Shown: one piece after another, positions 1-13,556 of the stretch
Numbering within the stretch: the first letter of the stretch is position 1
Layout: every line of letters begins with the position of its first letter
Notes under the pieces: model-generated
Seen by the model: the letters and a program-made list of their open reading frames with translations, nothing else
Databases searched by the model: none
What the model was told of the DNA's origin: nothing
NCBI RefSeq assembly: GCF_963921235.1
Contig: NC_086108.1
Coordinates: 104,906,001 to 104,970,000, forward strand
Direction: 5' to 3'
Source of the DNA: Mobula hypostoma
Lineage: Eukaryota
DNA length: 64,000 bases
Translations under genes and position numbers: made by a program

Positions 1-300
1 TGTAGTGGGGTTCTGCTCAAGGTGACGGTGTCCATGCTCATTGCTGAGGCTCTTATTACTTCTGCATCTAGTGGATTTCAAACATCATCGGGGATTTCGA
101 CTTTCCAAATGGAATGCAATTCCAACCACATCATCTTTAAGGTCTGTGATTACATCTGATGAAAAAAGAAATAATAATTTCTGGACTTCAAAGAAATCTG
201 TCACCTGTACCCTCTTTGATCAAACTGTTCAAAGGAGGAAATTTGACCGTTTGATTTACTCTCAAGGTTGTGGGGGAAAGGGGAGGGGAGAGTGGAGGAG

Positions 301-433
301 AAAGTTTAAGAGACTACTAGACAGGTATATGGAGGAATTTAAGGTGGAGGGTTATATGGGAGGCAGGGTTTGAGGGTTGGCACAACATTGTGGGCCGAAG
401 GGCCTGTAATGTGCTGTACTATTCTATGTTCTA
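301..433 (+). mobile_element. CR1 3' terminus
   Basis: KFKRLLDRYM* followed by GGGCCGAAGGGCCTG...TATTCTATGTTCTA, a CR1-type tail. Confidence 0.8.
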
Positions 434-3007
434 CATAAAAAAAAAGGAAAAGTGGCGGCGTGGAAGGAAGCTCAAGGAGCATGGCCGAATTCCCTTCGTG
501 CCAAAGCAATTCTCCGGCAATCATGAGAACAGAGCAAATGGCATTTTGAACATTGCTAGACATGAGACAATCCGGGCTCCAAGTAGAACTCGCTTAGTCT
601 CCTTTCAAGTAAAGGCACTGGACCTTATTTTAACATCTCAACTATTTCTTCTGCCTGTACCCATGTATCCAATGTCCACGCATAAAGAACCCATGGACAC
701 TACACCACTACTTTTTATCTTACTTTTGCTCTCTTTTTGCACAACTTATTTAATTTAATACATATTAAGTATTAAATATATTAAGTTATATTATATTAAA
801 ATTAAATTACATTATATTATTTAAAAAAAGCAGAATTAGGCCATTTGGTCCATTGAGTTTGCTCCACCATTTCATCATGGCTGATCCATTTTTCCTCTCA
901 GCCCCAATCTCCTGCTTTCTCCCCATACCAATCAAGAATCCCTCCCATCCATCAAACAATCTCTTTGACCCCTACCATCAGGCAGGAGGTACCACAGCAT
1001 TAGGAGATGAACTGTTAGGATGGGAAACAGCTTCTTCCTTCAGACAGTAAGACTACTGAACTTTCTGCCACTATTCTGGAATGACCACGTACAAAGTGCT
1101 AGTAGCATTATACTGCTCACTTTTTAACTTGTATCATGTATACACATTATTTGTTAATTTGTTTTGTGGTAATATTACCTTATGTGTTGTGTGTGTTATA
1201 TGTACTATATTGCGCACCTTGATCAGGAGGCACATTGTTTTGTTTGGTGGTATACATGTGTACTGTTGAACGACTATAAACTGACCTTGAACTTGAATTT
1301 GAATGGCAATGTTTCAATTTGGATGAAGTTCATTGACCTTAGATGTCAACCCTCATTCTCTTCCCATAAAACGCTGCCTGACCTGTTGTGTGTTTCCATC
1401 ATACCCTCTGGTTTCGTTCCAGCTTTCTTGCATCTGCTGTTATTTTTCCTTGATTTTTCAAGGAACGGAATGGCCCACAGATGATGTGAAATGTGACGGA
1501 GAGCTCAGGAGGAGAATAAACAGCAAGGTGTCAGTGTTTCCCCTTCTGTGCATTTGCACTCATCTTGTTTAAGATGAGGAATCATCTTAAATATAACATT
1601 GAAAATTTCCAGAAATGATCACTTCTTTTTTTTAAGGTACAGTAGTGGTAGTAGTGCGATCACTCGAACCATGTAAAATATTCTCTTGAGGTGTTGCCTA
1701 TTGGCAGGTACTCAGATGGCTGTGAAGTCTGATCTGGGATCCACAAAGTCTGATAGATTTCCTCAATGGAGAATGCTTGTGTGTGACTTTGTTTAACGTG
1801 AGGAGGCTGATGCACAGGCAGCCTCCACACGACCCTTGACAGATATGGGTCAGGGTCGAGTGGTACGGAATGCAAAATGACTGGGGACCCTTCACTCCTG
1901 CAGCCTTCCTCCACCCTCACTACCATTCTTGTAACAATCCTACCTGAGGTGCTTAAGGAGGGCTAACCTGCTCCAAAAATCACTGACTATCTTTTATCGA
2001 TGTGTTACTGACAGCATGCTGACACAGGGAATGAGTGTGTGGTACTCTCGCTGCAGCAAGACAGATCACGGAGTACTCCATCCAGTGATTAGGATGGCTC
2101 AGCACATCACTGGGATTCAACTACCGGACCTGGAGACAATCTACATCTCTCAATGCCTACAGTACACTTGTAACATCATTAAAGACTATCCCAGACACTG
2201 TTCAATCTCCTGCTGTCTGATAGGAGATAAAGAAACATCTTGGCCAAGAGAGTGAGATTGAAAAACAGCTTCTACCTGAGGGCTATTGTGCAGCTGAATC
2301 ATGTTACATCCCGGCTTGCCAATGGTCTTTGAGTGTTATGGACCATCAAAGTCACTTGTTGCATGCAAATATGGGAATTTTTGTTTAAATTAAGCTGTAC
2401 TGCATGCACTGTAAGTATCTGCTTTGCACGAACTGGAGTAGCACCACAATTTCATTGTCTTGAGCAATGACAATAAAGTTCTATTCTATTCTGCCGTCTG
2501 CATCTTCTGCCAACTCCACTGTTGGGGTCTTGTTTGGATTGCCCTTTGTCTGAAAATTCCGCCTTGACCTTACCTCCATGGGTGTCACTACCAGAAGCTA
2601 AGTTCCAGACGGCATCATTCTCAGGATTTCCGGAATGCCCCAGCTTCTACACCACTATGAGGTGATGATCCTCAGAAAAGAATATTTAGAAATACAGCCC
2701 CTTCCAGCCCAATGAACCCGTGCCACCCAGTTACACCCCATGTGACCTACTAACCTACGAACCCGTACGTCTTTGGAACATGTGAGGAAACTGGAGCACC
2801 TGGAGGAAACCCATATGGCCAGAGGGAGAATATAGCAACTCCTTACACACTGTGGCGAAATTGAACCTGGGGGTCACTGGCGATGTAAAACGTTATGCTA
2901 CTCACTCTGCCAGCCTGTTTGCCCAAAGACGTAAAGACATAAATGTTTAAGACAACACATCTGAACATGAGCACATCCTGTGTGCTCGAGTCTGCAGCTG
3001 TGCCTAC

Positions 3008-3160
3008 CCTGGCACGTAGTACCATCATTTGGGATGAATTCCTTCTTCTGATTTGAGGACTGGTAACCCCTGATGCAGGTACAGTAGAAACTCCCGTAGG
3101 TGTTGTTGCAGGTCGCATTTTGTCCACAGGTTAACGTCGAATTCTGGCACTCGTCGTCAT
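3008..3160 (-). CDS. ADGRL4: ADGRL4/ELTD1 coding exon 3 (calcium-binding EGF domain 2)
   Basis: Acceptor ttgtttttgttttacctcag|, donor CAGG|gtaggc, 153 bp, phase 1-1. Encodes (D)DDECQNSTLTCGQNATCNNTYGSFYCTCIRGYQSSNQKKEFIPNDGTTCQ, with the cbEGF consensus D-D-x-E-C and C-x-N-x4-F-x-C-x-C. The ending F-I-x-N-D-G-T-x-C is typical of ELTD1. Not in the supplied ORF track in this frame. Confidence 0.92.
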
Positions 3161-3517
3161 CTGAGGTAAAACAAAAACAAATTCCTCACAGCAAAGCCAA
3201 AAATGAGAAGAAAGAACCTGCAGTTCTGTATAAACATCCGTCACACAGATCAGACCACCTACACTTCAAAACAGCTCAGGAAAGCAGCCAAAACAATCAG
3301 GGACCCCGGCCACCCTGATCATTCTCTCTTCTCCCCTCTCTTGTCAGGAGGAAGATAAAAAAAGTCTGAGAGCGCAGAATCAGAGTCAGAATCAGGTTTA
3401 TTGTCGCTGAAATATGTCTTAGAATCAAATTCCAGAGGACAAGCACAGCTTTAACACCAGGTGAGAAAGTTGAAAGGAAATCTGTTAGGCAAGATCTTTT
3501 TTACACAGAATAGTGAG

Positions 3518-3677
3518 TGTTTGAAACAGGTTACCAGGGGTGTTGGCGAAAGCAGATATGATGGTGGTGTTTAACAGGCTGCCAGGGTTGTTGATTAAAG
3601 CAGGTATGATGTTGGTGTTTAATAGGCTGCCAGGGTTGTTGATTAAAGCAGGTATGATGGTGGTGTTTAACAGGCTT
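3518..3677. repeat. 48-bp tandem repeat (~3.3 copies) within a CR1 3' fragment
   Basis: GTGTTTAACAGGCTGCCAGGGTTGTTGATTAAAGCAGGTATGATGGTG recurs at 3567, 3615 and 3663. Confidence 0.88.
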
Positions 3678-4304
3678 TTGACAGAAACACAAATATGCAT
3701 GAAATGGAGAGATATGGATCATTTGCAGGCAGAAGAGATTTAATTTAATTGTTTGGCAGAAGGCCTGTTCCTGTACTGTTCTGCACTATGCTCTTTGTTC
3801 TATTCATAGTCATGCAGACACACTGTACAATATGGAAAAAAAACGTCCCAACTCATTGATGCCAGCCGGCTTGTTTTGCCCATATTCCTCCATATCAGGG
3901 GTTCCCAACCTTCCTTATGCCATGGACCCCTACCAGTAACCGAGGGGTCTGTGATCCCCAGGTTGGGGAATACACCTTTCCTGAACAATCACAATATCCA
4001 AGTGCATTTTGAATGCTGTAATTGTGCCTACCTCTACCATTTCCCCCGCAGCTTGTTACATATACCCGTCAAAGTCAAAGCCAAAGCAAATGTATTACCA
4101 ATGTACATACATGTCACCATGCATCCCCATGAGATTTACAGGAATATACAGGAAAATAATGAAATACTATAGAAATAGTGAAAAACTACACATAAACAAA
4201 GACTGAAAAAAATGTACAATATAAGATAATTTGTGCAATAAAAATAAACAAACAAATAAATAAATAGATCAATAAGTAAATGATTGTTGGCAAAATCTTA
4301 GATG

Positions 4305-4955
4305 AAGACGAGGAGGCGTACAGGACTGAGATATGCCAGCTAGTTGAGTGGTGCCACAGCGACAACCTGGTATTTCATTAGGCGTTTGAAGAGATTTGGT
4401 TTGTCACCTAAAACACTCAAAAATCTTTATAGATGTACCGTGGAGAGCATTTTGACAGGCTTCATCACCGTCTGGTATGGTGGGGGGGGGGAGGGGGGGG
4501 GCAACTGCACAGGACTGAAAGAAGCTACAGAAAGCTCTATCTTGGATACTAGCCTCTGTAGTACTCAAGACATCTTCAAGGAAAGGTGCCAAAGAAAGGG
4601 GGCATCCATTATAAAGGAACCCTATCACCCAGGACATGCCCTCTTCTCATTGTTACCATCAGGAAGGAGGTACAGAAGCCTAAAGGTACACACTCAGTGA
4701 TTTAGGAACAATTTCTTCCCCTCTGTCATATGATCCCTAAATGGACATTGAACCCATGAACATTACCTCACTTGCATTATTTCTGTTTTTGCACTATTTT
4801 TAATCTATTTTATATATATATATATATTTAACGTAATTGATTTACTTATTTTAGTTTTCTGTATTATCATGTATTGCATTGTATTGCTGCCGCTAAGTTA
4901 ACAAATTTCATGACATGTTCCAGTGATAATAAATCTAATTCTGATTCTGATTCTG
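4305..4955 (+). mobile_element. Rex/Babar-type LINE 3' fragment
   Basis: YFIRRLKRFGLSPKTLKNLYRCTVESILTG...HPGHALFSLLPSGRRYRSL, ending in (TTCTGA)n. Confidence 0.85.
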
Positions 4956-5977
4956 AAATAGAAAGATAAGTAAATAATACTATAGAGTCCTTGAAAGTGA
5001 GTCTGTGGGTTGTGGAGTTAGTTCAGTGTTGATGTGAGTGAAGTTGCCCACGCTGGTTCAGGAGCCTGATGGTTGAGGGTAATACCTGTTCCTGAACCTG
5101 GTGGGGTGGGACCTTGGTAGTAGTGAAAAGAGAATAGCGTCTGGATGGTGGGGTCCCTGATCATGGATGCTGCTCTCTCCTGGCAACACTGTTTGTAGAT
5201 ATACTCAATAGTGGGGAGGGCTTTGCCTGTGATCCCCCTCTGTGTGATACTAACCATGCAAACTACATTGTCATTCATATCATTGACAGAGATAAGAGAC
5301 AGCAGCGGTTTGACAACAATCCTGTTGGCCAACCACTGTCACAGGCCTCTATTCTGAAAAACAACCCTCCACTACTATAACACTAGAGATAATGCAGATG
5401 CTGGAATCCAGAGCAACACACACAAAATGCTGGAGGAACTCAGCAGGCCAGGCAGCATCTATGGAGAAGATTAAACAGTTGACGTTTCAGGCTGAGCTCC
5501 TTCGTCTGGACTGTTCTACTACCCTCCGAGTCCTACCACCAAGCTGATTTTGTATCGAGTTTTTTTTGTGTTTTTATTTCAACTTTTTTAAGCTTAGCAT
5601 TCTTGCAGAAGTCACTGTAAGTGCTAAGCATTGATTAGTGAAGTGTAACTGAATTGTTGAAGATATCAAAAATTCTATTTCCTGCCTAAGAAACTGACTA
5701 ATTTTGGATGAGCAAAAAGTAATTTTTGATATGAGTATTCTCATTCTGTGATAAAAATTTCATCGCTTTACAAGATAAAACATGGTATTTCAATTTTCAC
5801 TTTAATGCAATGTGATGTTCCAATCTTTATTTATTTCTCTGTAAATAAGTTATTCTTTACCTCTTTTTTTTTATCTTACTGACTAAGAATTAGAAACAGA
5901 GAGCCATAGGCTCATACAGCAAAGGAACAGGCCCTTCCTTCCACTGTACCCATCCTGACCCTTAAGCACCCATCTCT

Positions 5978-6352
5978 AATCATCATCATCATTACGTGCC
6001 GTATCATATGATGTGGCTGATCATGGTCTTCTGTCTTCTTTATCCATGACCCATGATTGTTCTAGGCAAATTTTTCTACTGAAGTGGTTTGCCATTGCCT
6101 TTACAAGACGGATGACCCCAGCCGTTATCAATACTCTTCAGAGATTGTCTGCCTAGCGTCAGTGGTCGCATAGCCAGGACTTGTGATCTGCACCAGGTGA
6201 TCATACGACCATCCACCATCTGTTCCTGTGGCTTCCCGTGACCCTGATTCTGGGGGCTAAGAGGTGCTACACCTTGCCCAAGGGTGACCTGCAGGTTAGC
6301 GGAGGGAAAGAGCACCTTACACCTCTTTTGTTAGAGACATATCTCCACCCCA
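5978..6352 (-). mobile_element. Short non-autonomous RTE-related retroposon (other copies at ~9220-9390 and ~19255-19615)
   Basis: Minus-strand tail AATGGCAAACCACTTC...TTTGCC...CATGG ending (ATG)n resembles RTE/BovB 3' ends. Three homologous copies in the window. Confidence 0.65.
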
Positions 6353-6504
6353 CTATCTTTAATACAACTGCCTATTCGGTGTTTTAGGCAATTATATTCT
6401 TCCTGGTTACATGTCCATGGTTTGTAGAACCTGTTGTCAACCTGCGTCAGAAGGCAAATTGGAGTGGATCCACGTCCTGGAAGGAGCACATAAGTCCCAT
6501 TACA

Positions 6505-7180
6505 AAGAAGGCACAACAGCACTTCTACCTTCTTAGATTCAGCATGTAATCTAAAGCTCTGACAAACTTCTATAGATGCCCAGTGGAGATTACCCTAACT
6601 GGGGGCATCATGGCTTGGTGTGGAAACACCAGTGCCTGGATACAGAAAAACTTAAAAATCGTGGTGGGTACAGCCCAGTCCATCTCATTTAAAGCACTCC
6701 ACAACATTAAGCACATTTACAGGGAGGACTGCCACAAGAAAGGAGCATCAATTATCAAGGACCCCCACCATCCAGGCGATGCTGTATTCGGGAAGAAGAT
6801 AGAGGAGCTTTAGGTCCCACACCACCAGGTTCAAGAACAGTTATTATCCTCTCACCATCAGGCTCCTGAACCGGTGTGGATAACCTCACTCACCAAAACT
6901 CTGAACAGAATCCACAACCTATGGACACACCTTCAAGGACTCTACAACTCTTGCTCTCAGTAATATTTATGTATTGATTTAGTTATTTTTTTTAAAAATT
7001 TGCACAGTTTGTCTTCTTTTGCTCATTGGTTGCTTGCTAGTCTTTGTATGTAGTTATTCATTGATTCTGGTGTAATTTTATTTGTTTCCTTGTGAATGCC
7101 TGTAAGAAAATTAATCTCAAGATAGCATATGGTGACGTATGCGTACTTTGAGAATAAGTTGACTTTGAACTTTGAATTTT
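6505..7180 (+). mobile_element. Rex/Babar-type LINE 3' fragment
   Basis: ASIIKDPHHPG motif. 3'UTR ends AATAAGTTGACTTTGAACTTTGA. Confidence 0.75.
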
Positions 7181-7298
7181 GAGCCTGACTGAAAGATGCA
7201 TCAGCATATGTTTCAGCTAAACAAGATGGTGGTGAGGCTGCATTTGGAACGTTGTGCATAGTTTTGGTCACTCTGTTATAGGAAAAATCTTATTAAAC

Positions 7299-9081
7299 TG
7301 TGATGGTATTGGGTTTGCTGAACGATTGGATATAAATAGTCACAAGTACTCCCACTAAGGGGAGATTATACTCTAACTACCCAATCTTCAAAGACTACTT
7401 TACTTCGCTGTTTACCCTCCACAGTAAGTTTCAGCTGCCAATACCTATGTATCTGAATGGTGGGTCCTGCTCCCTACCAAGGAGAAGATGCTTTCACCTA
7501 ACAAAGCAGTTTAAACATAGTTCATTTATTTTCAGTAATAAACACTTAATTCCAAACAATTCTCTTGAAACACATTTAAAACTCACAGAGGATTTCTAAT
7601 GTGTAAGACGATTCCAAATTACAAACTATTTCTAGAACACAAAGGATTTCCAAACAGGTACAATTCTTATAAACTAATGACATAACAATCATGCAGATGA
7701 ATGAATTGTCCATCATAGAAATTGAAACAAGAGGAATGGACCTTAGTCACCACTTGATGTTCTTCAACCACTCTTTATAAGCCTGACCTGCCCTCTATAT
7801 TTACACCTTATTTTTACCACCTGGATGACTTCACATGTCTATAATATTTTCTCAGATACCCTTTTTAAACAAGTGGTCTAGAAGCATCTTGGAGAAATAG
7901 ATTTCAGCTCAATATTCATAGTTCACAATTAATGCTGTAAAGATAACTTCCTTAAGCACATAAAAGCTTCCAACTATAAACACGTCCGTTATTTGATATG
8001 CTAAATATTACTATCCATCTGGTCTGCAAGCTTCCTTGAACTAAGCAACTGAGAGTCAGCTCATCTGTTTGAAACAAGCCAAATTAAGCAATCCATTGTC
8101 TTGTACTGCACACTTATTCAGCAATCAACCAGCTGCAGTGAACTGAATCTTACCTCTTACAGACAGAGCATCTGCTATATGCCGAACTTGTTTGCAAAGT
8201 TGCTGTATAGACAGTACTTGTTTTAATTTCAAGCTGATAACTGCTTTCCATTTACATTTCAATAAGTGAAGACTGACTCCCATTTATGACCAAAAGTCAA
8301 ACAGCTGTTAGTCAGAAACACAAGAGGGACTGCAGATTCTGGAAATCTAGAGCAATGCACACAATGTGCTGGAGGAACTCAACAGGTCAGGCAGCATCTA
8401 TGAATCAGTATCAGCTTTATTATCACCAACATGTGTCGGGAAATTTGTTAACTTAGCAGCAGCAGTTCAATGCAATACATAATATAGAAGAAAAAAAGTA
8501 AAAATAAGTAAATCAATCACAGCATATGTATATTGAATAGATTATATGTAATGAAAAACAGAAATAATATATATTAAAAAAGTGAGGTAGTGTTCATGAG
8601 TTCAGTGTCCATTTAGAAATCGGATGGCAGAGGGAATGAAGCTGTACCCTAATCACTGAGTGTGTGCCTTCAAACTTCTGTACCTCCTACCTGATGGTAA
8701 CAGTGGGGAAAGGGTATGCCCTGGGTGCTGAGTGTCCTTAATAATGGACGCTGCCTTTCAGAGACACCGTTCCTTGAAGATGTCCTGGGTACTTCGTAGG
8801 CTAATACCCAAGATGGAGCTGACTAAATTTACGACCCTCTGCAGCTTCCTTCAGAATAAACAGTTGACATTTCAAGCCGAGACCCTTTATCAGGTCCTGA
8901 TGAAGGGTTTTGGCCCGAAATGTTGACTGTTTATTTCCATTCCTGCAGCACACTGTGTGTACAGCTGTTAGTCAGAAGTTTTCTTACAATTGTTTGTGAT
9001 TTTATGAATAACAGCTGCTGTGTTTAGAATGCAGGCTTTACAAAACATAAAAAGAGGTCTCGGAAGTGAATATCCATCACA
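7299..9081. mobile_element. Solo LTR (~1.1 kb net) carrying a nested insertion at 8318-8960
   Basis: TGTGATGG...CCATCACA perfect 8-bp inverted termini and a 4-bp TSD AAAC. Interrupts a CR1 ORF2 fragment. Confidence 0.85.
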
Positions 9082-9404
9082 AAACTAGTAGGCTTTACCA
9101 GAATGTGCCTGGACTTGGAGTGCTGAGTTACAATGAGAGGTTGTGTAGACTAGTACTTTATACCCTGGAACATAGGGCATTATGGAGTGACCTGAAAGAG
9201 GTAAACAAACCATGAGAGACATCATCATCATCATCTTTATGTTCCTTGTCATATGATGTGGGCCATCATCGTCTTTGACCATGGTTATTTTTCGCAAATT
9301 TGTCTACAGAAGTGATTTGCCTACTTCTGGGGAGCATTTTCACAAGATAGTTGAGCCCATTATCAATGCTCCTCAGAAACTGTCTGCCTGGAATCACAAA
9401 ATGA

Positions 9405-10275
9405 GAGGATTTAACAGAATGTTGCCTGGACTTGGGGTCCTGAGTTACAAAGAGAGGCTGCATACACTAGGACTTTATTCCCTGGAACATAGGACATTAA
9501 GGGACCACCTGACAGAGGTATATTCAGGATGAAAACACATTGTTTCAGGGGAGGGAGTTTTCTACAAACCAGAAGGCATTGATTTAAGGTGAGAGGTGAG
9601 AGATTTACAAGGGACATCAGAGGAAGCTTCTTCATACAAAGGGTGGCACATATTTGGTCTGAGCTGCCAAAAATTGGAGAGGGTCCAGGGCAAGTTTACT
9701 ATAATGATCCCGGGAATGAAAGGGTTCACATATGTGAAGCGTTTTGTGTTCTGGGCCAGTTCTTGCTGGAGCTTAGAAGAATGGGAGATGATGTTTTTTA
9801 AATCTACCAAATATTGAAAGTGGACATCGAGAGAATGTTTCCAATAGTTAGAGAGTCTAGGAGTAGAGGGTACAGCCCCAGAAAAGAAGGATTCCCCTTC
9901 AGCACAGAGGTGAGAGGAATTTATTTAGCCAAAAAATGGTGAATCTATGGAATTCATTGCCACAGACGGCTGTGGTGACCAAGTCATTGAGTATATTTAA
10001 AGTGGAGGCTGATGATAATAATAATCAGTAGTAATAACAACTTTATTTATATAGCCCCTTTTATATATTAAAATACAAACTCAAAGTGTTTTACATAGAT
10101 TGTAAATGTAAATCAATATAGTCATAAATAAAAGGTTTTTTATTAATGATTGTGTGAAAGATTATGGGAGAAAGCAGGAGTTTGAGAGGGAAAATAAATC
10201 AGCCATGATTAAACGGCAGAGCAGCCCTAATGGGCTGAATGACTTAATTCTGCTCCTATGTTTTATGGTCTTATT
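9405..10275 (+). mobile_element. Stacked CR1 ORF2 / 3'UTR fragments
   Basis: RMLPGLGVLSYKERLHTLGLYSLE, RGERFTRDIRGSFFIQRVAHIW and a second RT-end fragment. Confidence 0.8.
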
Positions 10276-10479
10276 GTCTTTAATACTATGTGCTGGTGAT
10301 TTTGGTACAAGTAAGTTTTTCTTCACAGCTGTGCACATACCCACTTGTGCGAATGACAACAAACCCAACATGAATGAGCTCAAACAACAGGAATTCTGCA
10401 GATGCTGGAAGTTCAAGCAACACGCATCAAAGTTGCTGGTGAACACAGCAGGCCAAGCAGCATCTGTAGGAAGAGGTGC

Positions 10480-10513
10480 AGTCGACGTTTCAGGCCGAGA
10501 CCCTTCGTCAGGA
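10480..10513 (-). ncRNA. Minimal type-I hammerhead ribozyme motif (Penelope pLTR type), best-preserved core
   Basis: Minus strand TC-CTGACGA-AGGGTCTCGGCCT-GAAA-CGTC-GACT has the CUGANGA and GAAA cores, a stem II, a palindromic ACGT stem III and a GUC cleavage triplet. The 5' arm of stem I is truncated. Confidence 0.6.
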
Positions 10514-10987
10514 GCTACACCTCCTCCATGGTCAAAGTGTTCTTAAGCTGTTTTACCTTCAGCTACATTAAACTGTATTGAAAAGCAATCATTCTGTTCA
10601 GTGTATGAACTCAGCCATTGAGAGCTGTTGTAGGTATGATGAATTTGTCCATGAAAGTTCCTTGAGAATTCATTACCTTATCGAAGTACATCCCATACTG
10701 GTTGGTTGAAAGACAGGTTCCAAAGTACTAAGTTGGAAATGAAACCTTGAACTTTTATTCATTTGCAACATTTCAGATACTACTTAATATTTCCAGCTAC
10801 TCTATTCCTTTCCTCATCTATCTCAAATAGAATTACCACAGAATCGGAATATGAAACAGTACAGGGAGTGACTATTTGGTCCATCAATCTTGTGCTGGCC
10901 CTTTGGAAGATCTACCTGATTAGTTCCCCTCCACTGTTCTTTCCCCATAGCCCTGAGATTCCTTTTTCCTTCTAACTGCATTGAAAA

Positions 10988-11510
10988 ATACACTTGGGTA
11001 CCTCCTGTGCCTTATAAAGTGGCCACTGAGTGTATGTTCGTGGACTTCTGCTGCTGTAGCCCATCCTCTCAAGGTTCAATGTGTGGTGCGTACAGAGAAG
11101 CTCTTCTGCACATTACTGTTGTAATGTGTGGTTATTTGAGTCTCTATTGCCTTCCTATCAGTTGAATCAATCTGGTCGTTCTCCTCTGACCTCTCTCATT
11201 AACAAGTCAATTTTGCCTACGGAAAGGCTGCTAGCTGAATGTATTTTTGTTGTTTGCACCATTAACCAAAGTGTCCGTAGACCCCAGGTTTGGCGCCCCT
11301 GAGACTTGAGCACCGCGTCTGGCACCAACAATTCTTCCACGGTCAAAGTCATTTCGATCACATTTCTTCCCCGTTCTGATTTTGGTCTGAATGACATCTG
11401 AACCTCTTGACCATGCCTACATGCTCTTAGACATTGAGTTGCTGCCAAATGATTGGCCAATGAGATACTTGCGTTAACTAGCAGATATGCAGGCATACCT
11501 AATAAAGTAT
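10988..11510 (-). mobile_element. Copy of the Tc1 deletion derivative
   Basis: Same internal sequence as 53071-53621 (GCTGCTGTAGCCCATCC...TTATTTGAGT...CATTTCTTCCCC) and TIR remnants ATAAAGTGGCCACTGAGTGTA and ACCTAATAAAG. Confidence 0.8.
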
Positions 11511-11789
11511 GTAGAACTACACGTAACAGGTTAATTCCAAATATTTTGATGTTGGTTGAGTTTTCCCAATATTAACTCACAGGAGCAAAGCTAAATAACT
11601 TCAAGGCAGATTGCAATGTGATTTCAATTTTACGGAGAACTTATTGTAAGTGAAAAAAATTCAAAGAATAATATATCAGAAAATTGTAATTGTGGTTATT
11701 ATATTTATTGAATGCACAGGGTAAATGTAGTCATAAAGGAAACTTTCCCCGACAACTCATATTGCAAACGAATAGTACTTTTGCTAAGA

Positions 11790-12380
11790 AGCACATCAAA
11801 TGCTGGATGAATGCAGCAGGTCAGGCAGAATCCATGGAGGGGAATAAATAGCAACGTTTCAGGCTGATACCCTTCATCAGGACTGCAAAGGAAGGGGGGA
11901 GAAGGTAGGGGGAGGGAAAGGTGTACAAGCTAGGTGATAGGTGGGTGGGGGAGGACAGATGATGTAAGAAGCGGAGAAGTGATTGGTGGAAGAGGTTAAG
12001 GTCTGAACAAGAAGGAAACTCGTAGGTGAGGAGAGTGGACCATGGGAGAAAAGGAAAAAGGAGGGGAATCTAAAGGGAGGTAATTGACATGTGAGGAGAA
12101 GAGAAGAGGTAAGAGGGGATTCTGAATGTGGAATTGAAAAAAAGAGTAGTGGGAGGGCATAGAATTTTTTTCAAATCAGAGAAATTGATGTTCATGCTAT
12201 CGGGTTAGAGTCTGGCCAGATGGAACACGAGGTGATGCACTTCCAACCTGAGAGAGCCTCATTGTGGCAGTAGAGGAGGCTTGGACTGCCATGTCAGAAT
12301 GGTAATGAGAAGAGGAATTAAAATGGATGGCCACCGAGAAATCCTGCTTGTTGTTGCAGATGGATTGAAGGTAACTGAGC
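11790..12380 (-). mobile_element. Penelope-like element 3' end / pseudo-LTR
   Basis: Reverse complement of the same architecture, with a hammerhead-like motif at 11850-11884. Confidence 0.75.
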
Positions 12381-12924
12381 ATCTGGTCACGGGGAGAGAG
12401 TATAAACTCCTTACAGACAGGGCTAAAATCGAACTCCGAACTCTGATACCCTGAACTGTAATACTCTCGTGCTAACCACTACGTTACCCGGTATGCAAGA
12501 CAGGCTTTTCACTGTGCCGTGGTACAGATGAAAGTAACAAACCAATTCCTGGTCCAAAAGTGTGAGGAAGAGACAGGCCAAGGTGATGCAGTCTCAAAGG
12601 AACATCTCCACCCAGCGTCAGGGAAGGAGATGGTGTTGGAAGTCAGGTAGGCTGTCAGCCAGAGGAGGAGATGAGAATGAATGGCTCTCTGCCAGGTATG
12701 GGACTCTGGGGGATGGTGGGAGTGGTTAGGTTACCTCTGCACCACCTCTACCTTCCTGGTGCATCGGCATGCAGGGCCCACAGGAACTGGCAAAGGTCAG
12801 CAAACAAGGTGGGCCCTGGCCTAACACTCCACCCCATTACAATCTGTGTGACACTGAAACGATAGTTCAATCCAACAGCACTCTTCATCTGTAACAACAC
12901 ACTGGGCACATTCGTAATAGGACA

Positions 12925-13215
12925 CAATGGTAGCACAGCAGTAACCGTGACATTTTCACAGCTTGGGGTGTCAAGAGTTCCAAGTTCAGTTCTGACACCC
13001 TCTGAAAGAAAGATCGTGCATCCTTCCCTTGTGCGTGTGGGTTTCCTCTGGGTGCTCTGCTTTCCTCCCACAGCCGAAAGGTGGACCAGTTAGTAGGACA
13101 ATTGGTCATTGTAAATTGTCCTGTGATTAGGCCAGAGTTAAATAGGTGAGTTGCTGGGTGATGTGGCTCATTGGGCTGGAGGGGCCTGTACCGCACTGTA
13201 CCTCTAAAATAAATA
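12925..13215 (+). mobile_element. HE1-like V-SINE
   Basis: tRNA-like head, V-domain GCGTGTGGGTTTCCTCTGGGTGCTCTGCTTTCCTCCCACAG, CR1-like tail GGGCCTG...AAATAAATAAA. Confidence 0.8.
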
Positions 13216-13556
13216 AAGTCATCAGTATAATTAAAAACGTGGAACAGATGGTGTTTTGTAGAAAGGCCTGAGGAAACAAACTGAAATATAAAAGGCAGAG
13301 CGATGTTTAAAAAGTAGTCAGCGCCAAAGTACACATCAGACAAATGTAATCAGATGTCAGGTATTAAAAGTGCATATCACAGGCATGTCCTGTGTCCTCC
13401 CCCTGCAAGCAGCTGACTGTTTTTCTCTGGCAGTTTTCCCTACTTTGGCAGCTCCCCATCTCCAAAGTTTTGCCTCTGTTGTTCCTGGACAGATGTCTGC
13501 CAAATAAGTCAAAGTTCAAAGTAAATTTATTATCAAGGTATGTACTTGTCACCGTA

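Noticed and set aside
80..180. Possible ADGRL4 exon 4 after a strong minus-strand acceptor (ttcttttttcatcag at ~156-170)
   Set aside because: The phase-1 reading DVITDLKDDVVGIAFHLESRNPR hits a stop, has no convincing donor, and does not resemble an EGF or the expected ELTD1 continuation.
2843..3127. 94-aa minus-strand ORF
   Set aside because: Out-of-frame overlap with the real EGF exon 3008-3160.
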